Origin: an uncultured Nitrososphaerales archaeon
GTDB taxonomy: Archaea > Thermoproteota > Nitrososphaeria > Nitrososphaerales > Nitrososphaeraceae
NCBI GenBank assembly: GCA_963841565.1
Contig: CAWJCY010000007.1
Span: forward strand, 89,526 to 153,525
DNA: 64,000 nucleotides
Direction: 5' to 3'
Each line of letters opens with the position of its first letter. Positions within the stretch are counted from its first letter, which is position 1. Positions 11,291 to 21,738 of this stretch are shown piece by piece. The translations under genes were made by a program, and so were the position numbers. The notes beneath the pieces were generated by a model that saw only the letters and a program-made list of their open reading frames with translations, did not search any database and was not told the DNA's origin.

Positions 11291-11372
11291 ACAAGGATTA
11301 GTAAAATGTTCCCCATTATTTGCTTTAGCGCATAAGAGGTTATTAGACCGTTTATCCTAATGCTACAAAATA

Positions 11373-12005
11373 ATGGCTGTGGCAGCTGAAAATGTAAAGG
11401 CTACATTAAAGAAAATCTCATCAGAGTTAGATGATGTTGAGCATAGACGGGAGGTACTAATCAAAGGGACAAGGGGTGTTATCATGAAATGCAGTAAATC
11501 TATTATGGCATTGCATAGAGGGAGGTTCGAAGATGCGGCCAAACTCCTTGAAGAGGCTCAAGCTGAATTGGGTTCTCTCAGGACGCACATACGTGACGAC
11601 CTTGAAAGGTATCTTATCAATGCTGAGCAGGAGCTAGTCGAAGCATACCAACTTAAATGCGTGTATGAAAAGACCAGTCTTGTTGGGATAGAGGAACTGA
11701 ATGTTGCTACTTCCTCATACCTTCTAGGTCTTTTGGACTCGATAGGTGAAATAAAGCGAATGATTTATGACAATTTACGAACTGAACGAACTTCGGACGC
11801 TTTGAATTTGTTTGCATTGATGGAAGATCTTTACAGTTCGATTTATCCCTTTTCTGTTTATGACAATATTGTCCCAGGCATTAGGCGGAAGTTGGATGTA
11901 GCAAAATTACTAATTGAAAATGCCAGATCAACGCTCACAGAGGAATCCAATAGAAATTTGCTTATTAAGAGGATGGATATTTTGGAGAAGCGATTAGGAA
12001 CTTAA
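11373..12005 (+). CDS. Translin/TRAX (C3PO-like) family protein
   Basis: RREVLIKGTR, AEQELVEA, YLLGLLDSIGEIKR, RRKLDV. Confidence 0.85.
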   Translation: MAVAAENVKATLKKISSELDDVEHRREVLIKGTRGVIMKCSKSIMALHRGRFEDAAKLLEEAQAELGSLRTHIRDDLERYLINAEQELVEAYQLKCVYEKTSLVGIEELNVATSSYLLGLLDSIGEIKRMIYDNLRTERTSDALNLFALMEDLYSSIYPFSVYDNIVPGIRRKLDVAKLLIENARSTLTEESNRNLLIKRMDILEKRLGT

Positions 12006-12068
12006 AGCCATTATATGCTTCCTTGCCTAGGGATTTCCTTGTCCATAGATCGAAAAGCCATCAAACCA

Positions 12069-13514
12069 TCATAGGGGATTTTCCATAATTTCCATCAGGC
12101 CATTTTGCCATTCGGTAAACCCATCGGGAGTACTAGGATAATCATCATAATGTTTGACAAGCAAAGCATTCACTTCTGCAGTTCTCTTCAAAGATGCCGC
12201 CAGCTTTTGGTTCATTACGCTTGCAAATACAAGTCCCATCTTGCCAACAAGGCCGAACTCTGGATGTTCGCCATTAGTTATTTTCTCTACATCAAATTTT
12301 GAGATAAAATGCTTCATCCCATAATTAATTTGCTCATTGGAAAGTCCTTGCAACATGCGTCTAAACACTTCAAGACCAGCCGTCTTGAAGCCATATTCGT
12401 CTATAAACTCCTTGTTATAGCTCCATAAACCCGCCTCAGAAATATCTCCTTGCTGAATTGCATTCACTGCATGTTTTCCTGCAAGCGTAGCTGCGATTAT
12501 AGCCGGACCAATCCCCCCAGCATCTAAAGGCTTTGGCATCCAAGCTGAGTCTCCGACGAGCATATAGCCATTAGCCACCATGCAGTCATTCTGCCTGCGA
12601 ACTGAAACCTGCCAGGTCCCCCATGAATTTCCGCTATCTTGATCCTCCTCTGATATTCTAGGGTTGTGAACAGCGGGATTTGAGTTTAAGTAACTGTCTA
12701 TTAAATACTTAAGGTTGACAATTTTACCGCTTTTTTTATTCATCTGATCCAACGCTTTTTGTTGGACGCCTAATCCGATATTTGCTTTCAAATTACCTTT
12801 AGGGAACACCCAGGCGTACCCACCCGGAGCAATATTTTGGTCTAAATGTATTATGCAATATTCTGGGTCAAAATATGTCTTGTCATCAATGCCAATATCA
12901 AAGGTGCATATGTATCTCCCCGTTGCCTCCAAGTCGTCTCTTAGTATCTTTCTCTGAATGTAGGAATTAATCGCCAGGTTTGTTCTCAAGACAGAAGTTA
13001 CTCCTGTGCAATCAACGACCAATGAAGAAGTTTTCCTGAACGAAGCTCTCTCCTTCAAATCGTCGCCTTCAACACCTACGACCGTATTTCCATCGGTAAT
13101 AAGGCCTCTTAGGACAATGTTCCCTTTAAGGTCAACGCCCCTTGATATCGCGTCTCTGGCTTGCCTCTGTGGCAGAAGCTTTCTATTTAATATGTATCCC
13201 TCTCCATCGAATGAAATTTTCGTTTCATGATCGGGAGAATATGCAACAACTCCTTTTACTGGATGCTCGATTTCAGGATACTGCCAATTAGTATTTATTC
13301 TACTATTCATGTAATCGACGGGTTTCTTGCCAACTGCGTCACCACAAATCCAACCTGTCAGTGTCTTTCTACCTAGTGATTCCAAATCATTTCTGTCTAC
13401 CACTAGGATTCTTAGCGCTTGAGATGAATAATGAGCAGCTGAGCATGCAGCAATCATGCCAGACAAGCCTCCGCCTGCAATTATGATGTCATAATCTCTG
13501 TCAACAGCAGACAT
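12069..13514 (-). CDS. Digeranylgeranylglycerophospholipid reductase-like (GGR family)
   Basis: GGGLSG, ICGDAV, PGGYAWVFPKG, VGDSAW, DAGGIG. Confidence 0.88.
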   Translation of the reverse strand: MSAVDRDYDIIIAGGGLSGMIAACSAAHYSSQALRILVVDRNDLESLGRKTLTGWICGDAVGKKPVDYMNSRINTNWQYPEIEHPVKGVVAYSPDHETKISFDGEGYILNRKLLPQRQARDAISRGVDLKGNIVLRGLITDGNTVVGVEGDDLKERASFRKTSSLVVDCTGVTSVLRTNLAINSYIQRKILRDDLEATGRYICTFDIGIDDKTYFDPEYCIIHLDQNIAPGGYAWVFPKGNLKANIGLGVQQKALDQMNKKSGKIVNLKYLIDSYLNSNPAVHNPRISEEDQDSGNSWGTWQVSVRRQNDCMVANGYMLVGDSAWMPKPLDAGGIGPAIIAATLAGKHAVNAIQQGDISEAGLWSYNKEFIDEYGFKTAGLEVFRRMLQGLSNEQINYGMKHFISKFDVEKITNGEHPEFGLVGKMGLVFASVMNQKLAASLKRTAEVNALLVKHYDDYPSTPDGFTEWQNGLMEIMENPL

Positions 13515-13587
13515 GGTCCTATAGGCGTCAATTGCTGCATCTGTATTTAAAGCTAAGTTGCCCGAAGAAGCCGATTCCTGTTCGGTC

Positions 13588-15354
13588 CTATTTGACGGTC
13601 ACTGATTTAGCAAGATTTCGAGGATAGTCTGGATTTGCGTTTTTCTCAAGTGCTAGATAATATGCTATCATTTGAAACGGTATTACCTCCAAAAGAGGAT
13701 ATAAAACCTCATCTACCTCTGGAATTGCTATAAATAGGTCATAGACATCACTCGGTGAACTTCCTATACCTATTAGCATTGCACCTCTTGACTTTATTTC
13801 ATGAGCATTGGCCTTCACATCGTCGAAAGTAGAATCGTTAGGGTTCAGAACCAAAATGCAGCTATTCTTGTCGATGAGCGCTAGGGGTCCATGCTTCAGC
13901 TCACCTGCTGGGATTCCTTCCGCATGAACATAGCTCAATTCCTTGATCTTCAGGGCTCCCTCAAGCGCTATAGGATAATGAATTGATCTGCCCAATACAT
14001 AGATGTCTTTCACGTCCTTAATTTCGTCAGTAATTTGCTCAATCACGCTCTGTCTTTCGATTAATTCCTTCACAGCATTCCGCAATCTATATCTCTGGTC
14101 TTCCAATCCGATAACTCCTCCGGACAATTCATCTATTATGGCATAAAGTATCGTCAACTGGGAAGTAAAACTCTTGGTCGCTGCTACTCCTATTTCCGGC
14201 CCGCAATTCATATGAACAGAAATGTCACTCAGACGCGCCAAGGACGAGGTCGGAACATTCACTATCGAGATGATCTTTGAGCCTACTGGTTTCGCTTTCT
14301 TTACAACCTCTAGAACATCTGCCGTTTCCCCGCTCTGTGAAATGGCAACTATAACAGAGTCAGGCTCAATATCATTTACAAGATATTGGAATTCACTTGA
14401 CATGATGGCATCTGACTTTCTTCTTCCATACTTTGAAAGTAGTGCTTTCGCTACTAATGCACAATGATAACTTGTCCCACTTCCGGTAAAGTATACAAAC
14501 GGGGCTGATTTGAGCAACTCGCTTACTTGCTCAATCTTGTTCTCCTGATCCTTTCCAGATTTAACAATGGTGTCTACCTGTTCATTGATCTCTTTGATGG
14601 TGAAATGAGCATAAGTCCCCTTGTCAATCCCACCAAACTCCCAAGCCACTTGAGTTATTGGCCTCACAACAGGCGCACCGTCAAAACTAATCATTTCCAT
14701 TTCTGAGCCGTTCAAGATTACAATGTCTCGATTATCAAGGAATATTGCTCTGTCTGTGTATTTCAAAAATCCTACAACATCGCTGCTGATATAATACCCG
14801 TCATTTGAAATACCCACAATTAGTGGTTCATCAAATCTAGCTCCAGCAATGGTCCCATCACTAAACGCCGCAATAAAGGAAAATGCGCCAGCCAATTTCT
14901 TAGCAGTATTCTGGACCGCTCCTCTCAGATTGCCGGATTGAACATAATCCTCTTCCAGCAGATGTGCAATGACTTCACTATCAGTTTCGCTCTTGAAAAT
15001 ATGACCCTTTCTAATGAGCTTTGATTTTAGCTCCGAATAGTTCTGAATTATTCCATTGTGCACGACGGCGATCTCTCCGTTACAAGATGTATGAGGATGG
15101 GCATTCTTTTCTGTAACCTCTCCATGTGTTGCCCATCTTGTATGACCTATTCCAATTCGTCCAGGCAATACTCTCAAAAGTAAATTTGAATCCACATCTT
15201 CAACTCTTCCTACCCCTTTTTTGACGCTTACCTTGCCATCATTAATAGTTCCAATTCCCACGCTATCGTAACCCCTATACTCCATTTTCTGTAAGCACGT
15301 CACTAGAAGCGGAGCAGCAAGAGATTCACCTTTATACCCGATAATTGAACACAC
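13588..15354 (-). CDS. glmS: Glutamine--fructose-6-phosphate transaminase (isomerizing)
   Basis: GTG start at 15354 gives M-C-S-I-I-G (catalytic Cys1); EYRGYDS, GHTRWATHG, SQSGETAD, PRNLAKSVTV. Confidence 0.96.
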   Translation of the reverse strand: MCSIIGYKGESLAAPLLVTCLQKMEYRGYDSVGIGTINDGKVSVKKGVGRVEDVDSNLLLRVLPGRIGIGHTRWATHGEVTEKNAHPHTSCNGEIAVVHNGIIQNYSELKSKLIRKGHIFKSETDSEVIAHLLEEDYVQSGNLRGAVQNTAKKLAGAFSFIAAFSDGTIAGARFDEPLIVGISNDGYYISSDVVGFLKYTDRAIFLDNRDIVILNGSEMEMISFDGAPVVRPITQVAWEFGGIDKGTYAHFTIKEINEQVDTIVKSGKDQENKIEQVSELLKSAPFVYFTGSGTSYHCALVAKALLSKYGRRKSDAIMSSEFQYLVNDIEPDSVIVAISQSGETADVLEVVKKAKPVGSKIISIVNVPTSSLARLSDISVHMNCGPEIGVAATKSFTSQLTILYAIIDELSGGVIGLEDQRYRLRNAVKELIERQSVIEQITDEIKDVKDIYVLGRSIHYPIALEGALKIKELSYVHAEGIPAGELKHGPLALIDKNSCILVLNPNDSTFDDVKANAHEIKSRGAMLIGIGSSPSDVYDLFIAIPEVDEVLYPLLEVIPFQMIAYYLALEKNANPDYPRNLAKSVTVK

Positions 15355-15536
15355 ACGCATAATTGTTTTAATTGCATAAATAAAAATAGCCAAAAGGACT
15401 AAATGACCGTTATATTAGTGCATTTAGTGTAGAATTCATCCTCGTAAAGTATTCTCGATGTAAATACGCTAAGAATGGGGCCAAAGTTTTTTTGTACCTG
15501 TCATAATTTATATATAATCTTAGTCAACGTCAGTCG

Positions 15537-16496
15537 TTGGAAAAGACTCTTCTTTATAATGTGGGCGACAAGATGCTATCCAAACGAATAACCGTTTATA
15601 AGGATGTCAGTTATATGAGTGTCCTTTCTAACCCTGTCGCCTGGAAGATTATGCAATTGCTTTCATCTGAGGCAAAATATACTGCCCAGGTAGCAAGGGA
15701 GCTTAGGATCTATGAACAAAGTGCTTATTACTACATGCAAAAGCTACTGAGCATAGGAGCGATCCAGCAATCTGGAACTAAAACAATCCGAGGAGGGACA
15801 GCTCGTCTTTTCAAAACCGTCAACCCTTCCTATGGTTTAGAAATGGATTGGGGAGAGTCTCAATTTAGCGTTCTATCAAATAACAAGCGTCAGGACTCTA
15901 GTAATATAGTCTTCTTTAAGGAATTCATAAAAGATAATCTGTTTAACGGACTCATTGTCGTAGGTGCTCCGGATCCGCATGGTCCATACAAATCTTCCGC
16001 AAGGGATGGACATTACGCTATCCAGCTGGCATTTTCGCTAGGAAATTTGTGCAATATATCTGATGAATTCATAGTAAAACTCGATTCTGACGCGAGGGCA
16101 GAACGAGCCATTGATGGCCGCAACATCGTGAGTATAGGGGGCCCAGGGACAAACATAGTTACGGCAGAATTTAACAAGTATCTTCCAATCAAGTTCAATG
16201 AATCAAACTTTTGGTCTGGTTTGGCCGCAGAGACAGGGGAGTTGTATAATATGGACAATCATGGCCTGATCGCCAAGATACGAAATCCTTATGATGAGAA
16301 AAATACGGTAATCGTAGTGGCAGGGGTAAGGTCTATCGGTACCAAGTCTGCGGTGTTAGGACTGACAAATTTTGCAAGCCAAATTTTGAGAAATTATGCT
16401 GACGGACATGAATGGGCCATTGTCGTGCAAGGCTTTGACATGAACGCAGATGGGAAAATCGACCACGTTGATGTACTTAAAGAGATTTGCAAATAG
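15537..16496 (+). CDS. ArsR-like HTH protein fused to an alpha/beta domain resembling archaeal S-layer C-terminal domains
   Basis: LSNPVAWKIMQLL..AQVAREL HTH; IVVGAPDPHG, NIVSIGGPGTN, VIVVAG. Confidence 0.7.
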   Translation: MEKTLLYNVGDKMLSKRITVYKDVSYMSVLSNPVAWKIMQLLSSEAKYTAQVARELRIYEQSAYYYMQKLLSIGAIQQSGTKTIRGGTARLFKTVNPSYGLEMDWGESQFSVLSNNKRQDSSNIVFFKEFIKDNLFNGLIVVGAPDPHGPYKSSARDGHYAIQLAFSLGNLCNISDEFIVKLDSDARAERAIDGRNIVSIGGPGTNIVTAEFNKYLPIKFNESNFWSGLAAETGELYNMDNHGLIAKIRNPYDEKNTVIVVAGVRSIGTKSAVLGLTNFASQILRNYADGHEWAIVVQGFDMNADGKIDHVDVLKEICK

Positions 16497-16531
16497 TCAG
16501 GAGAAATTTGAGTTTGACATTATCCCTGTTT

Positions 16532-17059
16532 TTATTCATTTGGACCTGACGCTGATGTAGGTGATGATGGCGATGATGGCTTTGTGAGTTCCAAATGAAC
16601 AAGGAGCATATTCTCTTCCTCTTTCCTAACTATGTGTCCAGGCAAGTTAACAAATCTATCACCTATTGAAACATGCCCGTGAACGACTATCTGCCTAGCC
16701 GTATACGGAGATTTAGTGTCTATCTTCCTCATTATCATAGTTTGAAGTCTTCTTTCCAACAAGTGCTCTATCTTCAGGTTTAAAATATCATCTAATGAAG
16801 CTGCTTCATCTATTAGACCAAGCCGGTTAAGATACTTGAGAAGCTTTATCTCTTGTTGATGTCTATCCTCAGCTGGTAGCGCAAGCAAAGCCCTTGCTTG
16901 ATTCCTATACCCAGCAACCTCCGTTTGAGCTTTCCATAATTCTCTCTTATTTCGGAGTCCGTATGATCCAATAATATAGAGCTCCGCGCTGAGTTGATCG
17001 GATGTCCAAATTCTTCTGGGTCTGCTAAAGGTTTTTCTTGCTTTTCGAGGATCTCCCAT
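16532..17059 (-). CDS. rps4: 30S ribosomal protein uS4
   Basis: MGDPRK, YGLRNKRELWKA, LERRLQT, ARQIVVHGH. Confidence 0.96.
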   Translation of the reverse strand: MGDPRKARKTFSRPRRIWTSDQLSAELYIIGSYGLRNKRELWKAQTEVAGYRNQARALLALPAEDRHQQEIKLLKYLNRLGLIDEAASLDDILNLKIEHLLERRLQTMIMRKIDTKSPYTARQIVVHGHVSIGDRFVNLPGHIVRKEEENMLLVHLELTKPSSPSSPTSASGPNE

Positions 17060-17084
17060 TACTCATCCATCCCAAAATTCAAAG

Positions 17085-17561
17085 TCATTTGGAGGTGGAG
17101 GCAGGCGATACTTTGCCACTCTTCTTAACGCCAACTGCGCTTCCCCTTCTTCCTGTTGTTCTCGTGTGTTGTCCCCTCACTCTTAATCCAAACATGTGCC
17201 TGTAACCACGCCAGCTCATCACGCTTTTCTCCCTATTTATGTCATTTGTGATGGCAAATTCTAGATCAGATGTAATAAGATGAGTATCAGAACCAGTATC
17301 CATATCTGCCCGTCGATTTAGATACCATGAAGGCATCTTAATTTTTGATGGATTTCTAACCGCATCCTCGATCTCTTGTATTTCATTTTCAGTGAGATAA
17401 CCTACCCTTATCGCCGGACTGATGTTAAGGGATTGCAACAGTACTTGAGAATAGTTATAACCCAGTCCTCTGATGCTACTAAGTGCGACAATAGACTTTT
17501 TGCTTCCATCTATGTCTTTCCCCGCAATTCTTAGAATGTGTTTGTATTCGCTACTCGACAA
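17085..17561 (-). CDS. rps13: 30S ribosomal protein uS13
   Basis: WYLNRR, WRGYRHMFGLRVRGQHTRTTGRRG. Confidence 0.96.
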   Translation of the reverse strand: MSSSEYKHILRIAGKDIDGSKKSIVALSSIRGLGYNYSQVLLQSLNISPAIRVGYLTENEIQEIEDAVRNPSKIKMPSWYLNRRADMDTGSDTHLITSDLEFAITNDINREKSVMSWRGYRHMFGLRVRGQHTRTTGRRGSAVGVKKSGKVSPASTSK

Positions 17562-17852
17562 GCACTGAATGCGTATTCATTCCTAAATAAAAACCATGCT
17601 AAGATACCATAAATGCACGTTGGGATTAGTTGCCTCGCGTCGACGTAACTGGTGTCCAAGCACAAGTCATATTATTTGTAAATAGCATCTGTCCTATTCC
17701 TGTGTGTATAGAGAGGAGTGCTCACTGGGCTGGTATGTTTCTTATATACAAGCCAATTGTATCTGAATTCGCGATTCGAATTGGATTCAAAGGAGAAAGT
17801 AAAGAAGGTCGTCCATCATTCCTACACCACATCGCCTAATTACCCCGAGATA

Positions 17853-19451
17853 ATGGCTGGATTACCGGATAATTTTAAGCAGCTGAATAGGTTGCGGGAT
17901 CTGTTGGAAATCAATTACAAATACATTTCAGTTCAGGACCAGATGAGAAGAAATTTAATTGCAAGACTGAAGAATGGCATTACGCCATTCCCTGGTATAA
18001 TTGGTTACGAATTAGACGTTCTTCCGTCATTGATACGTGCTATATTAGCAGGACATGACGTTCTATTAATCGGCGAAATTGGACAAGCAAAGACTCGAAT
18101 TGCAGAAAGTGTTGCGAAACACTTACTGTCCCCTATCCCGGTCGTTGAAGGATCGCTTATGCATGATATTCCTACAAGTATCTCGGAAGATCACCTCGTG
18201 GCAATGCTCTCCGACGAAGAGATCCTAAAAACGAGTCCTGATTTTGCTGTCTCAACTGAGTGCGAGAAGACAATAAGAAATAACAAATTGGACACTCGCA
18301 TAAAATGGGTGGAAGGCATCCATCGCTACAGGTACTTTCTGGCTACTCCTGACGTCTCGGTTAAGGATTTGGTAGGACAAATAGATGCAATGAGGATTGC
18401 CAAGAAAGGTATTGAAATCTATGATATCGAATCATACACTCCAGGTTATCTTCTTCAAGCGAACCATGGTATGATGTGTATAGATGAGCTTCCCGTACTC
18501 GATCCCAGAAAGCAGGTGGCGCTGCTTAGCGTACTGCAGGAAGGCAAATTTACAACGGGATCATATCCAATTACATTTAGACCAGACATCAGCATTTTTG
18601 CAACAGCTAACCCGACCGATTATACCCATTCGGGCAGGATTATTGAACCTCTTTCAGATCGTCTGAGAAGTCATATAAAAACACACTACCCAGTTAGCCT
18701 GGAGGACGAGATCATGATTATACTGCAGGAGACAAGAGGCGTAAATTCATCACAAATCTTTGTTCCTGTATTTATTCTCAGAACTCTAGCCACAATAGTG
18801 CAGCATGCCAGATCCAGAAACGAAATAAATCAGGAGAAAGGTGTAAGTGTTAGGATGGGCGTGCACTCAATGGAGTTACTCATTAGCGAATCGGAAAGAA
18901 GCAGATCGCTTTTCCACGCTGTGATTAGTGTGCCCAGATATTCTGACTTTGGCAGTATTCTTCAGGCAGTAAAGTTTGAGCTTTCCGAAATAGACGACAA
19001 CTTTGAATCGAGGTCAAAGCTGCTAGGGAAGCTTATCGATGAAGCATTAAAAACGGTTTCACTAGATTATTTGGGAACTGTTGATTCAAATGAGCTTCAG
19101 CTCATACGTAAGGATTTTTCCAATGACAGCAGATTTAACGTGTCGCAAAAAATGTTAGGCATTGATCCTTCTTCAACGCGTGACTATCAAGTCCAACTTA
19201 AAAAGTTCCCTCATCTGGAACAGTTAGTTGTTAAGACTATCGATCGGATATTGAACGAGCAGAATGAGATCATAGAAAGGCTGAGGAGACATGATGTGAA
19301 CAACCATTTTGTTTCGATTCCTCCTAGATTGGATGGAGAGCTTATGGCCTCGGTTACTGAATTAGTGTTGGAAGGATTAACATGCACTGAACCGATAGTA
19401 CTAGAAAAGAAGAGCCTGAGTGAATTTGGATTACATGATTCAAATGAATGA
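17853..19451 (+). CDS. Magnesium-chelatase-like (ChlI/MoxR clade) AAA+ ATPase
   Basis: FPGIIGY, Walker A GEIGQAKT, Walker B MCIDELP, ATANPTDYT, PLSDR, GVSVR. Confidence 0.88.
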   Translation: MAGLPDNFKQLNRLRDLLEINYKYISVQDQMRRNLIARLKNGITPFPGIIGYELDVLPSLIRAILAGHDVLLIGEIGQAKTRIAESVAKHLLSPIPVVEGSLMHDIPTSISEDHLVAMLSDEEILKTSPDFAVSTECEKTIRNNKLDTRIKWVEGIHRYRYFLATPDVSVKDLVGQIDAMRIAKKGIEIYDIESYTPGYLLQANHGMMCIDELPVLDPRKQVALLSVLQEGKFTTGSYPITFRPDISIFATANPTDYTHSGRIIEPLSDRLRSHIKTHYPVSLEDEIMIILQETRGVNSSQIFVPVFILRTLATIVQHARSRNEINQEKGVSVRMGVHSMELLISESERSRSLFHAVISVPRYSDFGSILQAVKFELSEIDDNFESRSKLLGKLIDEALKTVSLDYLGTVDSNELQLIRKDFSNDSRFNVSQKMLGIDPSSTRDYQVQLKKFPHLEQLVVKTIDRILNEQNEIIERLRRHDVNNHFVSIPPRLDGELMASVTELVLEGLTCTEPIVLEKKSLSEFGLHDSNE

Positions 19452-20818
19452 TTCTGAAAAAAGTTACTTTTTTCAACTCTCTCATCTGGGTAGCGATTCC
19501 AGAAAATCCAAATTCGAGAATATTGAAGGTTTATTTCAAACGGATATCGATCTCTTATTGAGTATAGTTGGAAGAGAAGCGTTACGAGAGAAGAGACCTA
19601 ATCTCCAAGAATTAGATCAGATAATAAGGAATCTTTTAGAACAAGAAAATGCCGGTAAAGAATCCACAAATGGACAAGATACCAATGATAATGGACAGGG
19701 AGAGGAGAATTCTCGTGATCGAAGTATGGCTTTTCCAATCATTAGAACGCTCCTTCAGGGAGGATATTTAAGAGATGATGAAAAGTGGCTCACCTCGAGA
19801 GGATTCTCTAGGATTGGTAATTTGATTCTAGGTGACGTGATGAAGGCACTGAAGTTGGGGGAGGCAGGGGCCCATAGTACAAAGAACATAGGGGTAGGAT
19901 CTGTCGTATTGGATACTACTCGTAAATTTGAAGATGGAAACGACATACGGTTGGTCAATATACCATTATCGTTACTCAACTGTGTTCTCCGAACGCAAAA
20001 AGAGTTTAGCAGGATAGATATTCCACTTCAACTGAAAATGGATGACTTGGAAGAGTATGAGACCCTATACGATGTCCGAGCCAGTGTAGTATACTGCATC
20101 GATTTGAGCTCGACAATGAAATATTCTAGAATGTTTGGGGATTTAAGCAGGATTGAAGCGGCGAAGAAGGCCTTGTGGAGCTTAGTGATGCTTAACAAAA
20201 AGTACTTTCCTAACGATTCCATTTACGTCGTCGGCTTTGGTTCGCTTGCATCTCAAGTAAAAATCTCCGATATTCCATATCTAAAAACATTCGATGCTGG
20301 CTCTGATTTCTTGCATTACACCAATTATCAAGCAGCATTTAGGTTATCCAAGAGAATATTGCTCAAGGAGGGTTCTGTTAATAAACGAATTATTCTCGTG
20401 ACTGATGGTCATCCAAGTGCTTGCTTTATGGATGATGCAAAGCGAGCAAGAAAAGATCTTAAAAAGCAGGCCATACTCGCATTTTTATCAGCCTGATTCT
20501 TCGAGCTTGGATAGCGTTCAGGCCGATTATGATATGAGGCTTGATACTTCAGCGGGAAATCTAGTTTATCTCTGCTATCGCTATAGGCAGGTTGATAGTT
20601 ACATTGGTGAACAAACTATAATTGAGGCAGAAAAGTGTCAAAAGAAAGGGATATACATTGACACGTTAATGATTAGTGAAGAAGATTCACTTTTGGGTTT
20701 TGTCAACGATATGGAAAGACGAGTTAAAGGAAGATCTTATTATGTGAGCCCTGAAACCTTAGAGACGGCTCTGCTTAGTGATTTCATAAGGAACAAGCGG
20801 ACCATTTTGCATGCATAA
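19444..20818 (+). CDS. von Willebrand factor A domain protein; +1 insertion near 20440
   Basis: MIDAS DLSSTM, YTNYQAAF, LVTDGHPSA. The C-terminal vWA strands (IYIDTLMI, GRSYY) are in the +1 frame. Start overlaps the AAA stop. Confidence 0.85.
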
Positions 20819-20880
20819 CTCTAGAGTTCTGAAATACCTTTTTAAGTCTACTAGACCGAACCACATATCGGTGTTTATCA

Positions 20881-21691
20881 TTGAGTCAATCATCTTCACC
20901 CGTATATTTGGATTGGAACGACGCGTTGCCCGTTCTTAGAAAAGCCTATGACTTGGGGCTATTTACTATGATTATAGGACCAAAGGGAACAGGCAAGACC
21001 ACTCTAGTTAGAGCATTTGGTGCTGAGATTAGCAGAACACTATATCCCGTTAATTTTAGCCTCAGAACTCGAGAGTCTCATCTCATCGGAACTAAGACCC
21101 TTGAAAATGGCGGAGTGGGATTTGTAGATGGAATTCTCGTAGAATCCATGAAGCTTGGAGGACTCCTGTACCTTGACGAGCTGAACGCTGCGGAGGCAGA
21201 CGTGCTTTTGCGGTTGGATGAGGCACTGGATGATAGGAGACAAGTAGTGCTAAAGGAATCTGAGGGTCAGACAATAACTGCATCTAAAGGATGGACGGTT
21301 ATTGCTACAATCAATCCATTATCCCACGTAGGTACCAAGGAACTGCCGCCGCAATTACTCAGCAGATTTCCTGTTCGTCTCAGGTTGGAATATCCTCCAG
21401 AAGAGGTAGAGGTAGACATAATAAAAAGACATACTTCGGTTGAGGACTCTGCGCTGGCATCAGTGAGGATGGGCGTTAAGCTCAGCTAACAAGCTTCGTG
21501 AAGCCGCCGCCGTTGAAGAGCTATATTATAGTCCTAGTATGAGAGAGACAATTGCTTTCTCCAAGCTTATAGAATCAGGAAGTGAAGCAAAGTATGCGGC
21601 ACAATTAGTATTTGCAAACGTCTATGGCCAATGGGGAGAAGTCGAGTATCGAAAAGTAATGGACATGATTACCTCTATTTTTGGAAACTAG
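20881..21691 (+). CDS. CbbQ/NirQ/NorQ-type MoxR AAA+ ATPase; +1 insertion near 21483
   Basis: GPKGTGKT, LYLDELN, ATINP, LLSRF. After removing 1 nt the frame continues LANKLRE, YYSPSMRETIAF to TAG at 21689-21691. Confidence 0.9.
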
Positions 21692-21738
21692 ATAGGTTTT
21701 TGAGTAGTGTCTCAGGATACAAGTACTAGATACTAAAC

